Both the position numbers and the translations under genes were made by a program. Under the pieces are notes generated by a model. The model saw nothing but the letters and a program-made list of their open reading frames with translations, was not told the DNA's origin and ran no database searches. Source: Azolla caroliniana (lineage: Eukaryota > Plantae > Polypodiophyta). From it: a stretch of DNA of 64,000 nucleotides. Of this stretch, positions 13,101 to 25,823 are shown piece after piece (within the stretch, counting starts at the first letter, position 1; every line of letters begins with the position of its first letter). The stretch spans positions 10,912,001 to 10,976,000 of the forward strand of contig JBHGNT010000004.1 in assembly GCA_043228905.1 (NCBI GenBank), in the 5' to 3' direction.

Positions 13101-13291
13101 TGCTCTCGGATTTACAACAAGTAAAAAGCTATTTAAAAGAAAAGCAACATGCAAGAGGCTTGTATTTCTACCAACGTAATACAACTTCTTGGTCACAGAA
13201 GCAGGATAGGGTTAACAGAGAGTTCTTCAATCAATTTAAACAGAAGTATAAAACACTATCTATCAAAACCCTAAAACGATTTGATGGCTCA
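10128..13291 (+). mobile_element. L1-type LINE remnant: ORF1 (zinc knuckle) and ORF2 endonuclease domain, 3'-truncated
   Basis: ORF1 pieces with CFRCFGFGHLAKYC; ORF2 from about 12059 with ILSWNMQGL, LFLQEHHL, GDFNMIE, RLDRFY and SDHYPL (APE-type endonuclease motifs). Confidence 0.85.
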
Positions 13292-13473
13292 CTACCTAGT
13301 AGTCTAACCTATACTAGGCTTCTGGTTACGGATTGGATCCGGCATACCGGCTCCCCAGCTCACCGGTCCTTACTGCTTACCGGCTTGGTTGCTCACCGGC
13401 ATACCGATTCATCTCGCTTACCGGCTCAGGCTTATTCAGCCGATTCGGCTCCGGTTGAGGTTGCCGCTCAACA
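13292..13473 (-). repeat. Partial LTR (U3 end) of copia family A
   Basis: ctacctagtagtcta...ccgctcaaca matches 528-711. Confidence 0.88.
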
Positions 13474-15900
13474 GTGCCGAAATTGCCGGTGCTCGTAATT
13501 CTCCTTTACCCGTAGTAGCCTCTGTTTCTCTCGCTATGTCGACTTTGTCTCTCCATTTTGAGGGCATCCATTCTTTCCACCCGAACCATTGTTGCCATCC
13601 GATCCACCATATTCTTCGTTCACTGTTTGCATGGCCATGGCCGGTTGTCACTGCTCCTCGTGCTCCTGTTGAGCATAACCCTTCATGTCTTGTGCATGTG
13701 CCATGCTTCCCACTTTGTCCACCTTTGTCATATAATCTCGTGTTAGAGTTGACAATCTTCATGTTATAGCCCTCCTTTGTCGATATCTCATCCTTGGTAA
13801 CACCCTTCAAATTTGCTTGGCCCACTTGGTCCTTGTCATCCTTTGTAGTGCACCTGCATGACCTCTTCCTTGTAATCGTCAACCTTGATCTCTTCGACCT
13901 CCGGTTGAGTCGGATTAGCTTATTTACGAATCGGTCTTGTCCGATCGTCTTTCGGTCGAATCGGCTTCCGTTCCAATTCGTATTCAACCCAGTTGATCGG
14001 TTTTTACTGATTGGGCCCCCTTTTGAGTCGGTTTCGACCGATCGGTTTCCGTCCGGATTTGTTTCCTTTTCCTTGTTTTCACCAGCCTCGACCGGTTTGA
14101 CCTCCGACACTTCTTTCCATTGTCCGTCGCGTAGGTCCTCCTATTGGGCCCCCAGTCACTCCGATCGCACGTCGGATTCTTCCCCTCGCGTGCCGCCTTC
14201 ATTCCTCCTTTGGCTCGATCGTCCCCTCGTCTTGAGCATCTCGTCATGCTGTCTCTCTCTGTTCTGTGCTTGCCTTTCGTAGGCTCTACCCACACGTCGA
14301 TGTTGACCTCCGAATACACACTTGCTCTTAGGTCCTCGTGCAGTTGTAATGCACGCTTCATTTTTCGCCATAGTGCTTGCGTCGTATTACGCCGTAGTGT
14401 ATGCTTCGTATTCAGTCGTAGTGCATGCTCTGTTTTGTGCCGTAGTGCGTGGTTCGTATTACGCGCTTCTCCTGACGCAGACCGGACCTTCGCATTGTCA
14501 TGCTTTCATTTAGATCTGAATTTCGTACAGATCATCTTCCCTCTGAACCGGCTTCCGACTTTACCTTCCTCGCCGTCATCTCCCATATCTCCGGTCTCAT
14601 GTTGCTTCTCAGACACAACCGCCGAAGTCTCTAGGGTTAGTGGGCAGGAATCCTCGGTATTATCGTTCTCCGTTGTTTCACCCATAGCCACCTTCTTGGC
14701 TATCTCTCCGTCGTATGCATTAGATTCGAACTTTGTTTTCTCTCCGCCACCTTCCATCTCTTCGGTCTCACGTTGTCTTTCGAATGCAACTGCCGAAGTC
14801 TCTAGAACTAGTGGTGGGAAAGTCTTCATACAGCCATCCGCCATTGATTCGTCCATAGCCACTTCCGATTCGATGTCATCTTTTGTGGCGACCTCCTCAA
14901 TCATGTCCGCCTCACACTCTTTATCTCCCTCGATCATGCAAGCATCGGTTATGCTTACCCCTTTTTCACCCGATGTTTCGGACACTTGTGTCCCAAAACC
15001 TTCTTCCACCCTTGAAGTAGCATTCGCCACTCTCAAGTCATCGACCTTATCCTTGGTCGTTGTTCTTTTGCAAGAAGAGAGGATAGCTTGTTCCACACCC
15101 TCTCCCGTAGTACCATCATATTGTATTTCAGCCTTCATGCCGACTACATCGTTCATCCTTAATCGATCATCCCTTGTAGGCCATGTTGTTGCCAACAATA
15201 TTCTCGTCTTCCTCTTATCATATCTTCGGCATACTCTTTCGACTTCAGCCCAATCCTCGGTAAGGCCATTTGCACCGTCATCATCTTTGAGTTTGATCCC
15301 GATGTCCATCCTTTCTTTCCGATCAATCGATTTTACGAACATTAGGACTTTATCCACCCCCACCAATCATTGTTCCCACTCCGAGAGTCGAGCAAAACGA
15401 TGCTCGAACTCTAGGAATGCTTGTGTTGCACTTCGGTGGGTCTTCTCCGATACCACCCATTCATCGAACTCTCGCCGATCTCGTCCCTTCGGTCTCTTGT
15501 AATCATATGCCTCTCGTAAATCTTCTTCAAAGGACCCCCATCTTGGGTTTTGTTGCCGTATCTTGTGGATTCTCTCTTGTAGCTCATCCGTGGCCACCCG
15601 ACTGAAGGATATCACTTGCAATCCTTCCGGTATCCCGTGTCGCATCATCGCCCCCTTGTAGTCACATAGATAACGTGACACATCCTTTCTGTTGAATTTC
15701 CCGTTTCTTTGCACAAGCAGCTCTACTTCCGATTTGATCTCCGACATCAAGCGTTGTTCTTGTAGTATGCAGTTAAGCACCATCGTCATCATGGACATCG
15801 CCTCTTGTTGATTCTCCATCTCCTTGCCACCCGTATTCACGTCGGGTTCACCACTTGTGTCATGCCTTTCGTCGCTGGATCGTTGCGTGAATCGGGTAGG
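13474..15900 (-). mobile_element. Gag-like ORF with a long acidic low-complexity tail (probable non-autonomous retroelement)
   Basis: ORFs 15367-15840 and 14506-15366 (GKFNRKDVSRYLCDY...; DDDGANGLTEDW); homologous decayed copy at about 34600-35700; no pol motifs seen. Confidence 0.55.
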
Positions 15901-16744
15901 AACCGCTAGGGTTTTGAACTAGGAGGAGGAAGAATTTGAGGCTAATCTAGTTATGAGTAGATTATAAGAAAGAGATATAAAACCTCGTGAATCCCACGAG
16001 TATAATGTATTTTATTAGATTAATCAATATTAAGATAAGAATATGAATTTGGATTGAAAGATAAGAATATAGAAACTTCGTGAATCCCACGAGTATAATT
16101 TATTAATTGGTGTTTTAGAAATATATCCAATTTCCAAATATTCCACACCCCTCTATTACATTGTGCTCCCCATCCTTATATAATGATGAGAGAGTCTTAA
16201 CAATCCATACTTTTTCTATCAATAGACTATATGCTTTATATAACATGTTCATGCACACTAAATGTGCATGAGTTGCCTTTTACACTATGCTTTTATTTCC
16301 TAAATATAGTGCTCATGCTCGCTAGATGTGCACGAGTAATTTTTTATTGGTGTACATTTTTCTTATAAATAAAGTATTCACACATTCTAAAAATGCATGA
16401 CTTCCCTTTTAATAAAGGTCTTATATGTATTAAATCTATATCTTAAACATTTAGGATAAATTAGTACAATGGTAAGGTTGGGGTTTGTCTATGTGGAGGT
16501 ACAAGGTTTTAATCCTGCCCTATGCACATAATAAATAATTTTTTATTTATTTACAAATTTGTCTCTTGATCTGATGAGAGACTCTCACCGGCCTTCTTCA
16601 TCCAGCTCTTGCCAGTCTACTTCGTCGGATTCTCATCGGGTACTCTTCATCTGGTTCTTGCCAGGTCTCCATGTCCCATCCGGAGGGACCAAAAATGCAA
16701 TTTTCTCATAGTGTGCGATTTACACTACAACAACGTTGTAACAT

Positions 16745-17797
16745 AGGTTCTAGAAAACACAGGCTGATCACTGTGTGTTCGTAAAAAGGTATGATGAAGG
16801 TGACTTCTTGATTCTCTTATTAGATGTGGATGACATGTTGATAGTCGGACAAGACACGAAGAAGATTGGAAGCTTAAAGAAAGCTTTAGGCAAGTCGTTT
16901 GCCATGAAAGATTTTGGACCGGCTAAACATATATTAGGGATGCACATAGTTCGGGAAAGAACTAAGAAAGTGGTGTGGTTGTCACAAGAGAAATATGTGA
17001 CGAAGATCTTGGAGAGATTCAACATGTCGGAAGCAAAGCTAGTTGGCTCTATGTTGCCGACCAACTGCAAGATAAATGCAAAGCAATGCCTGAGGGGGGA
17101 GAAAGAAAAGGTTGAGATGAGGAAAGTACCATATGCCTCAGCTGTTGGCAAACTTATGTATGCTATGGTCTATACAAGACCAAACATAGCCTTTGTTGTG
17201 GGGGCAGTAAGCCAATACATGAGTAATCCAGGAAGAGAACACTGGGCAACAGTAAAATGGGTACTCCTGTACTTGAAAGGCACCTCAGGGGGTATACCTA
17301 AGGTGTCAGAAAACCCATGCTCGAAGGGTTTACTGACTCAGACATGTCGAGGGATGCAGACTCACGTCGATCCACTTCGGGGTACGTGATGACCTATGTA
17401 GGGGGAGTAGAGTCATGGCAGTCACGACTACAAAAGTCTGTGGCCTTGTAGACCACAGAGGCAGAGTACATGGCAGCGGTAGAGGTAGAAAAAGAGCTGA
17501 TCTGGATGAGAATTTTTCTTAGTGAGTTGGCAAAGGGATTTCTTGCTTCATTGTGATAGCCAAAGTGTCATACATCTAGCCAAGAACACTACGTACCACT
17601 CTCTGACCAAGCATATACAGAGAAGGTATCACTGGTTTAGGGAGAAAGTGGAAGAAGAAGAGTTTACCCTCGTGAAGATCCATACTAATGATAATGGATC
17701 CGACATGCTTATGAAGAACCTACCTATGGACAGACTCAGAGTCTATCGATAGAGGACGGGACTAACCGACTCCATCCATTGGAGTGAAGGGGGAGTT
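16745..17797 (+). mobile_element. Ty1/copia RT-RNase H fragment ending in a PPT
   Basis: FAMKDFGPAKHILGM, VPYASAVGKLMY, CDSQSVIHLAKN; PPT GAAGGGGGAG at 17786-17795. Confidence 0.9.
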
Positions 17798-18528
17798 TGT
17801 TAGGAATATGTCCCTCCTATGGGAGGAGCCAACTGATCAGACCGAGAGTCGATAGACGAAGACAATGAGTAGCTGATTGGCCGGGCCGAGATCCAATTGT
17901 CGAAGACATGGAGAGTCGACTGAGAAGAATCAATAGCAGATGATCCAAGTCGAAGACAAGACTATCTAGTTAGGCTGACCGGAGGGTTGACGACAAGGCC
18001 GACTAGTCAAGCTGACTGGACAATCGACACAGGAGTCGGTTGATCGAATCAACTAGTCGATTAGTCGGCTGATTACATGTTACTATTATTAGTATAGTAA
18101 TAGGAAGATCATAGTAGAGGGTACATTTATAAATAGCCCGTATAGTATATAAGTATAAATACACTTAGGGCAAAGCTTTAGGTGTGTGCGCCTCTATTGT
18201 ATAGTGTGATAGAGAAGAGAGAGAGTGTGAGTGAGAGGGAACGACACCATAGTTGAGTGAGCTTAGATGTCAAGAGTCCTGTGTGGCTGTTACACTCTGC
18301 GAAGAGAGAGTGTTGTAATCTCGTCGTCTTGTATATCCACTATATAGTGAAGATTTGTTCTCCTTTGGTTTTCCCCATTTAGGGTTTCCACGTAAAACCG
18401 TGTACCTTGTTCATTTTGTTGTTTTTTGTTCCAAGTTCTGTATTTCAGCATATCTTTTGTGAGTCGACGGTTTGATTCCTATCATTCTAGGTATTGATCC
18501 TCTTCCGCATCATCTAATCCTTCTATCA
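17798..18528 (+). repeat. 3' LTR of the copia fragment
   Basis: Starts TGTTAGG right after the PPT, has TATAAATA boxes and ends ...TATCA, where gypsy sequence begins. Confidence 0.75.
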
Positions 18529-18529
18529 T

Positions 18530-20475
18530 ATTAACTGCTTCTGCATGTGGTGGTAAACATTATCGGGATGTCGTGACCTTCTCCTGGTTCAACACCCCAT
18601 CTTGCTTTTGCCTTTACAAAATGTGAGAATATTTTTCTACCAATTCTATTTGATATTAGTAGTTTTGAGCCAGGGTTTGCCCACTAACACAGGATATGCA
18701 CCTGGTGCATCCAAATGAAAAATCTGAAATGTATGGTCACCAATGACAATTTCCAATTGTCGAATCAGCCCAAGTGGTTGGGTGGTACTTGTGTCAGCCA
18801 TTCGTAACCAGAAAGGGCATGCTCCCCATTTAGTAATGCCAAGCCGATCACATGTAAGTTTTTTAATAACATTCACACTAGAACCACCATCAACAATACT
18901 ACTTGCTACTTCTTGGCCATGAATGATGACTTTGATTGTTGGACTTTGTTCGTCCATTATAGTTGATTCTGTAATTGGATTGGTAAAGTTTACCGACACT
19001 TTTTTAGACCCGTTTTTAGCAATAATAGTGGCGAACTTCTCGGTAAAGAGAGGAACTAATTTTAATAACCCTACTAAGGGTAATGACACTTGGCAATCTA
19101 CCAAGACCTTCCATGATTCCCCATCCTCAAGTGTCATAGTCGGCACCGACTGTTTGACTGGCCAATTGTCCATCTTGTCAGTCGACAAACTACTTTCTTG
19201 CAGCATTCGGGGCACATTATTGTTTTTAGCCTCTTTGACCCACTCCTTTGCTTCTTTTTGCACTACGTCCTGTACTTCCCACTTGGATTGTTTAGCTCTA
19301 TTGCTAGTGGTCACTTGCTGGACTTCGGGCGCGACCTTATTGACTGTTAGTGCTTTCCCTTTGTCTTTTGCCAGGCATTGATTAGCGTAATGACCATCCT
19401 TCTTGCAAATATAGTAATTCAGCACCAATGATCCACTAGATTCTCCATTTTCATATTGAGGTCAACAAGCATCATGGGATTCGGAGTCATCTCTAGCTCT
19501 AGAATCATGTTGAAATTGTCGAGATCCTTTCGATTTTCTGTTATCATTGAATCAACAATTCGGTGGTCTATTATCGTCATTCCTCCTTTGCTCATTAGAT
19601 CGTCTCTCCAACGGGTATCTACTACCCCTATCCAATTATTCCTATCCCGCCGGGGTGAATAATCCCGATCATAACGGCTCTGACTATCGCGTTGATAATT
19701 ATCCTGTTGGTCATCTTCTCGTCAATAGTCATTGTATCAGTCGTCGCGTCGATAATTATCTCACCGATAATCATCCCTCCAACCATGATCTGATGGATAA
19801 CGATCATCATATCATGGACAATCTTCCTCTTGAGGCCGGTGTCCCAACCGATTCCGGTCGTCCTGAAAATTGTTTTGGGGTGGTATCTGTCGAACTAGTG
19901 TCGCGGTTTTATTGAGTAAATTGTACTCGCATTGGTCAACCACATGTGTCCTGGAATGATAGATCATACAATGAGTATGTAAACTACATTTCATCATCGA
20001 ACGCCCCGTATTGAGACATGTAATGCATTGTACAGCTTGAAGGAACCTCAATTCTTCAAACATAGGTAAAGACCTTTGTAGGTCCGCCATATTCATATTG
20101 TTACTGCTTTGTGTTTTGTCCATTGCCAGTGCTTTTTCAATCATGTCTTCTAGTGATTGATTCCTGAAATCAAACACCGCTAATGTTGTTCGCAATGGCT
20201 CTCGTAATGCCGCCAGGAACGTATCCTTCAGTTTCTCTTCGGGAATAGGTAGCGCCAATTGGAGACGTAGATTTTGAAATCTGATGACAAATTGCGGCAT
20301 TGTTTCATGGGGCTCTTGATATGCCACATAAAATTGACTAATCAAGTCTTTTTGTGGAATTCATCGATGAAATAACCTTATGAACTTGGTAGTTACTTGA
20401 TCAAAAGATTGGAAAGCCCTGGCTCCATTCTGGGCATACCAATTCGTTGATGGTCTGTCAAGCGATAATACAAAC
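18530..20475 (-). mobile_element. Degenerate Ty3/gypsy gag-protease fragment
   Basis: Gag ORF 19812-20345, knuckle ICKKDGHYANQC, protease IVDGGSSVNVI...VLVGKPWL. Confidence 0.8.
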
Positions 20476-20479
20476 TCCA

Positions 20480-23400
20480 CCCTCGGTTTCTGGCGCAGCA
20501 ACTGCACGGTCAAGTCTCCACTACTTGCTGACACTTCATTCGACTGGTCCTTTTGACTCAGTCCCTCATTCGGCCCACTTAGGCGAAATGAAATCAGGCT
20601 CTGTTCCATAGCTCCAATTGCCTCCTCATCCAGGGGCAACTCGGCCTCACTGGCCTCTTCCTCAAAATTAGGAATGGAGTGGATGGGGGTTGGGGGTTGG
20701 GGGTGAAGGCAAGTACTATGAAGCCGACTCGTCGAAAATGGCATCTCAGCTTACTCAGACCTCTTTTGTTTGGGGGTTATAACACTTATAACCCTTCTGT
20801 TCATCCAAGTAGCTTACCAAGATACACTTCTCAGCTTTCGCATCTAGCTTCCTCTGCTTCTCCTTCAGCACATGCACATATGCAATGCTACCGAATACCC
20901 TTAAGTGTGCCAGATTCGGCTTCTTCCCGAAATACAGCTTGTGTTGCGACATTCCTCCATTTGCAGAAGTTTGATTTTGTAGGTATACTGCCATCCTGAC
21001 GGCTTCAGCCCAATAGAATTTCGGCATATGCTTCTCCTTAAGCATTTCCCTAACCGTTTCTTAAATCATCTGATTCTTCCTTTCGTCCACATCATTATGC
21101 TCCAGTGTACATTCCCTTCTTCTGCAGATAGCTAGAGAACTGGTTGGAAAAGTACTCTTTTCCTCCATCGCGCCTTAGGCACTTGATCTTTCTACCGATC
21201 TCCCGTTCGGCAAGGCTCTTCACCTTCAAGAATCAAGAGAAGACTTCGCTTTTCTTCTTGATCAAGCACGCCCAAGTGTGCCGAGTGTGGTCATCGATGA
21301 AGGTTACAAAGTAAAGACTTCCACTGATACTCATGTTCGGCGCCGGTTCCCATACATCCACCAATTTCTTTCATTTGGAAACGAAAGTAAGTGATGCTTC
21401 CCTAACTGCCAGCCTTCGCAGACTTGGCGCTTTCGGCCATTGAATTTCCACCAACTGAAAATGATATTTTTCGACTACATTTCCCGAAGCCATGGTAAGT
21501 TGACACGGCTGAATCGCTTGTGCCACAAGTCGATATCCGATTCAACTTTTTGCCCCTTGGTGAACATAGCAGTGCCTATGTCATTTGTTTCAAGGGATAA
21601 CATTGTTGAGCGAACAAGCTCAACCGAATCCAGATCGGGAATAAACTAGAGTCGGATCATAGTCTAGAATGGAGAACTGCATCGGTGTCTGGATCGGTAT
21701 ATAGAACCAAGAGCCATATCTGATAACCGGATCAGATTGTAACCGGTAGACCGTTAGAGGCCTACGGTCCTAGCCTAGTACATAGCCATATTTCTTGGAG
21801 TTAGTGTCAATCACTCGTATGAGCATTGAAGTACATGTCAGTACTTTTGTCAGTCCTTTTAAGGACTTGTATAAAAGTGTTCTCTGAATACATTGTATGT
21901 ACAGAGTGTTATTATTTTGAATTGAGTTTACTGTTCTGCTCTCTCTATCTCTCCCGTGTACTCTATGTGTGTGACTAAGCTTTCCAATAAACCTGTGCAT
22001 ATTCTCTATTTCTATTTGGTGAAGTTGATTTCATCTACAAGATTCCACACGCTACTTTTTACAAACATCCTCCCATCTCGGCGCATGTGCGCGATGATCT
22101 TGCCTTCTTCTTCGATGAAGCACCCGAGGTGAGTAAATCGAACTTGCATGCCCTGGTCGACAATTTGTCCGACCAACACCAAGTTCTTGGTGATTGTCGG
22201 CACATGCAAGACATTATTCATTATTCCTCTTTCACCGACATAGCTCATAGGGACATCTCCGATATGTTGGATGGGGTGAGGGGTGTTGTCGCCAGTTTCG
22301 ACAACACCTGGTTGCTCCGGCTTCCCTAGAGTCGGGAACCACTCCTTCTGATTCGTCATGTGGTTTGATGTGCCTAAATCCATATACCACACCTCGTTCG
22401 ACCTTGAGGTGTTCACCACCATCAAGTTGGCGTTATGCTTCATTACGAAGGCTGGGTCTGTTACGGCTCGCCCTGAGCCTTTGGTATAGTGCGATCTTTC
22501 ATGCCTATCTACATCCCCTCGGCTCGATCCGGCTTTGTCCAAATCTGCTTGCTTTTTCTAGCACTCGTTCTTTCTGTGGCCCTTCTGGCCACAATACCAA
22601 CAGTTTGTCGCGACCTTTCCTTGTCGACCTCTGGCGCCACCTTGACTCCCCCTACTCGTGGTGGGTCCAAAACTGTTGTCGGCATTTCGATTATGCCTCA
22701 AGTTTTGCTCCTGTCGGCTACCTCCATTGCGTGTCGACCCACCTCATCAACCACAACCACGGGGCCAATCCACCTCCGTGTACAACATAATGTTGTCGGT
22801 GTGTGTGCCCGTGGACACACCCAAGTGGTTTTCCTCTACGACCAACATCGATTGTAGCTCGAAAAATGAAGGCTTATTCTCCCTCGTGCAGACCGCCATT
22901 CGGAATGCTCCGAACTTTGACACCAACCCTCCAAAGCAAACCTGCACTATTTCGTCATCCTCAATGTTCATGTTGACGGAGGCGAGGGAGTCATAGATCT
23001 CCTTGATTCGGGTTGTATAATCTGCCATAGACAAATCTCTCTGTTTCGAACATTATTGAGCTCCTACTTGAGTTGCAGCTTCCTGACTGTTGTGTTGGCG
23101 GCGAAAATACATTTGAGATTCGCCCACGCATCCTTGGCGTCTTGGTGTCCCAGATATAACTCAAAAGCTGATCGTTCACACAAGATGCGAAGCAGTAGAG
23201 AACTTTGCTTGCGGCCATTTCCCAGGACGGGAAATCTCTGTGTGTCAACTCGGGTGCTACATCATTAGCTCCTTCGACATAACTCCAGTAACCGTGCCCG
23301 AGTAGGTACTGGTGCATCTTGTACGACCAAGATGCGTAGTTGTTCCTATCGAGTTTCTCTATCGGAAGTGAGCTTCCCATTCCTCTGCCCATGTTCCTGT

Positions 23401-23960
23401 CTTTTCTTTTCCGAAAAACGAAGAAACTTGTCTCTGTCTTGTTTGCTTGCTTTTCGGTCGGCTGCAAAGGATTCTCAAACCTGACGCTCTGATACCATGT
23501 AAAAGAATGTGTGCGGAAGCATAAGCATAAGACACATAGTACACAATCAGTTATTTGGAAATTCGATAGTTAGGTAAACATAGAGAATGGATACACAATG
23601 AGGGAGAGACAGAGAGAGCAGACAACAATGTTCTATTACAAAATGTTCTTTGTACATACAATGTGCTCAGTGAGCACTTTTTATACAAGCCTTGACGAGT
23701 GGACTAAGTACTGACAAGTACTTGAATGCTCATTAATTGAGCTTGACACTAGCAGCCTATAATATTCCTATTACTATAATAGGAATGTGGGCCCCTAACA
23801 ACCTCTTGGAATCCATCCAACTCGGCTCACATGAATCGAACTCTATTCGATTCGGCTTTCAGCTTCTTCAGCTGATTCGGGCCTAGTCGATCAGTCTTCA
23901 ACCGATTTGGCTCTCGGCTTCTTCAGCCGATTCAGCCCATGTTGAGCTTGTCTCTCAACA
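20480..23960 (-). mobile_element. 5' half of a copia family A-related element (LTR 23498-23960, PBS 23486-23497, gag to integrase)
   Basis: TG...CA LTR, TGGTATCAGAGC, LPIEKLDRNNYASWSYKMHQYLLGHG, KFYWAEAV, GYKCYNP. Confidence 0.92.
21604..22063 (+). repeat. Solo LTR (family A-related) inserted antisense into the copia element
   Basis: TGTTGAGC...TTTTACA flanked by TSD AACAT (21599-21603, 22064-22068). Confidence 0.93.
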
Positions 23961-25823
23961 GTTGCCTTCATTTGTTATAACGGGAGTTCGTGTTCTAAAC
24001 ACAAGTGACCAAACTGACATGGGCTACCCTTGTACTTTAAAAATCTGAAAATTCCTTGTCCTCCTTGGTTGGTGAGGGGAGGAGAATAAACTTAAATGCA
24101 CTGAAAACAACCAAAACTAACCTTGCAAAGAAGTTCACTTAGGCATTAAATATGTATGGTAGTAAACATGAGCAACAAGGTTACCCACATACGAAATAAA
24201 CACACTTCGATTAGTTTCAGTGTGTACAACACACAATAAGGAAGAGTGCTTAAGGTTTTCCTTGCACTTAATCCTATTTGTTCAATTGACAAGAAGTATA
24301 TGGAAGAAAGGGAGAGGGGTAAAGCACTAGCCTAATTACAAGGGGGAAATATTTTGCTATTGGAAAGAATTTGCATAGTTCCCATGTGGAAGAAGTCCAT
24401 TGAAATTTGATGTATAATGAAGATTGAAAGGAACCAATAATATATATATATATATACTAAAAGAAGTCCGTCGTGTTTACCATTTTGACCTAGTGAGTAA
24501 ATGTTAAGAGGACGGAAAGCTCTTTTGAGTGAGAATGTGGGGCGGGCAAGGGATCAAAATCTCTTACTGCGCTGCCCGGCCTACTTGGGCCCTCATCCGC
24601 CACTTTCTTCTCTAAACTTCTTGTCTCTGCTACACGAAGCTTGATTTGGCTTGGCTAGTCCCGCGGTTCTTTACCGTGGGATTGACGCGACCCGGAGCAA
24701 CAACACTTTGTAGCTGATTCGGGCTTTTTGTGCGTGTTTCTCAATTTTTGTTTTTCCTTCTTGTGCGCAAATATTCACATAGTAGAATTTTGTGGGACAC
24801 ACAAAGTTGGAAAGGCACACGAGCCCCCCTTTCTTTTTATGGTAAAAGCACACAATTATATTAATTGTATGTAAAACCCACTTGTTACAACTTCTTAGTA
24901 TTATTTACCTACATATGTAGGTAGAGAGGGACATCCTATAAAGTCACTAGAGAACTTGAATATGCACACCACACACACACACACAAAATGTTCCCATGTG
25001 GAAGAAATCCATTGGCATTTTATGCATTAAGGATGGAGATTGCAAGCAATCGATGATATATATATACCCTCCACAATCACACACAAACATTTATTATATT
25101 CGTTGCATTGGTTAATGATGGTCATTAAGCTTCCATAGTTCAAGGTTTAGTTTACTAGAGCAACCGCCTATGGAGGCATGGATTTGATAACCAATTCTTT
25201 TGATTCTTACAAGTGCACTTGACATGAGATTTCTATGATTAAACAATATTCTATTTCCGTTGCCATCATCTTTGTTGTTGATTTCATCAAGTTTAGCCTT
25301 AGCAAAGGAGAGCAGTCACACTGACTTGAAGTGATTTTAAGTATGCTATCAATTACAACATAACTATATCTCGTGTTAAGCATCTGGAAATCATTCCAAG
25401 GATCAAAAACTAGTTTGTTTCAATATAAATTCACAATCACATTGCAACGACAAAATGAAATTCACAACAAATTTTTTAAGGATAACTATTGTCATTGCTT
25501 CATTGATTGATTGCAACTCATCATTAAGCTCCAAAAATATACATACAACAAATGTGACATTGTGGATCAATTTCCACAATTTTCTTACGTTGGAAGTGAG
25601 ATTCCAAACAGCATATATCAGAGTCGCCAATGCAGCGAAAGAATATACAAACTCAAGATCTGATATCTGTGGTAGACAATGGTAATGGCAAATGTAAGCA
25701 TGATTTTTTAAACCATGTGAAGATGCCAAGCAGTATATAAATGAATCTCTTCTCAGTTTGCTTCTGTTGAATCTAACTTTGTTCTGAATCTGCATCATAT
25801 GTCACTGTCACTCTACAAATCTC

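Noticed and set aside
14144-15502. 452-aa Ser-rich plus-strand ORF
   Set aside because: Antisense shadow of the acidic low-complexity ORF on the minus strand; no motifs.
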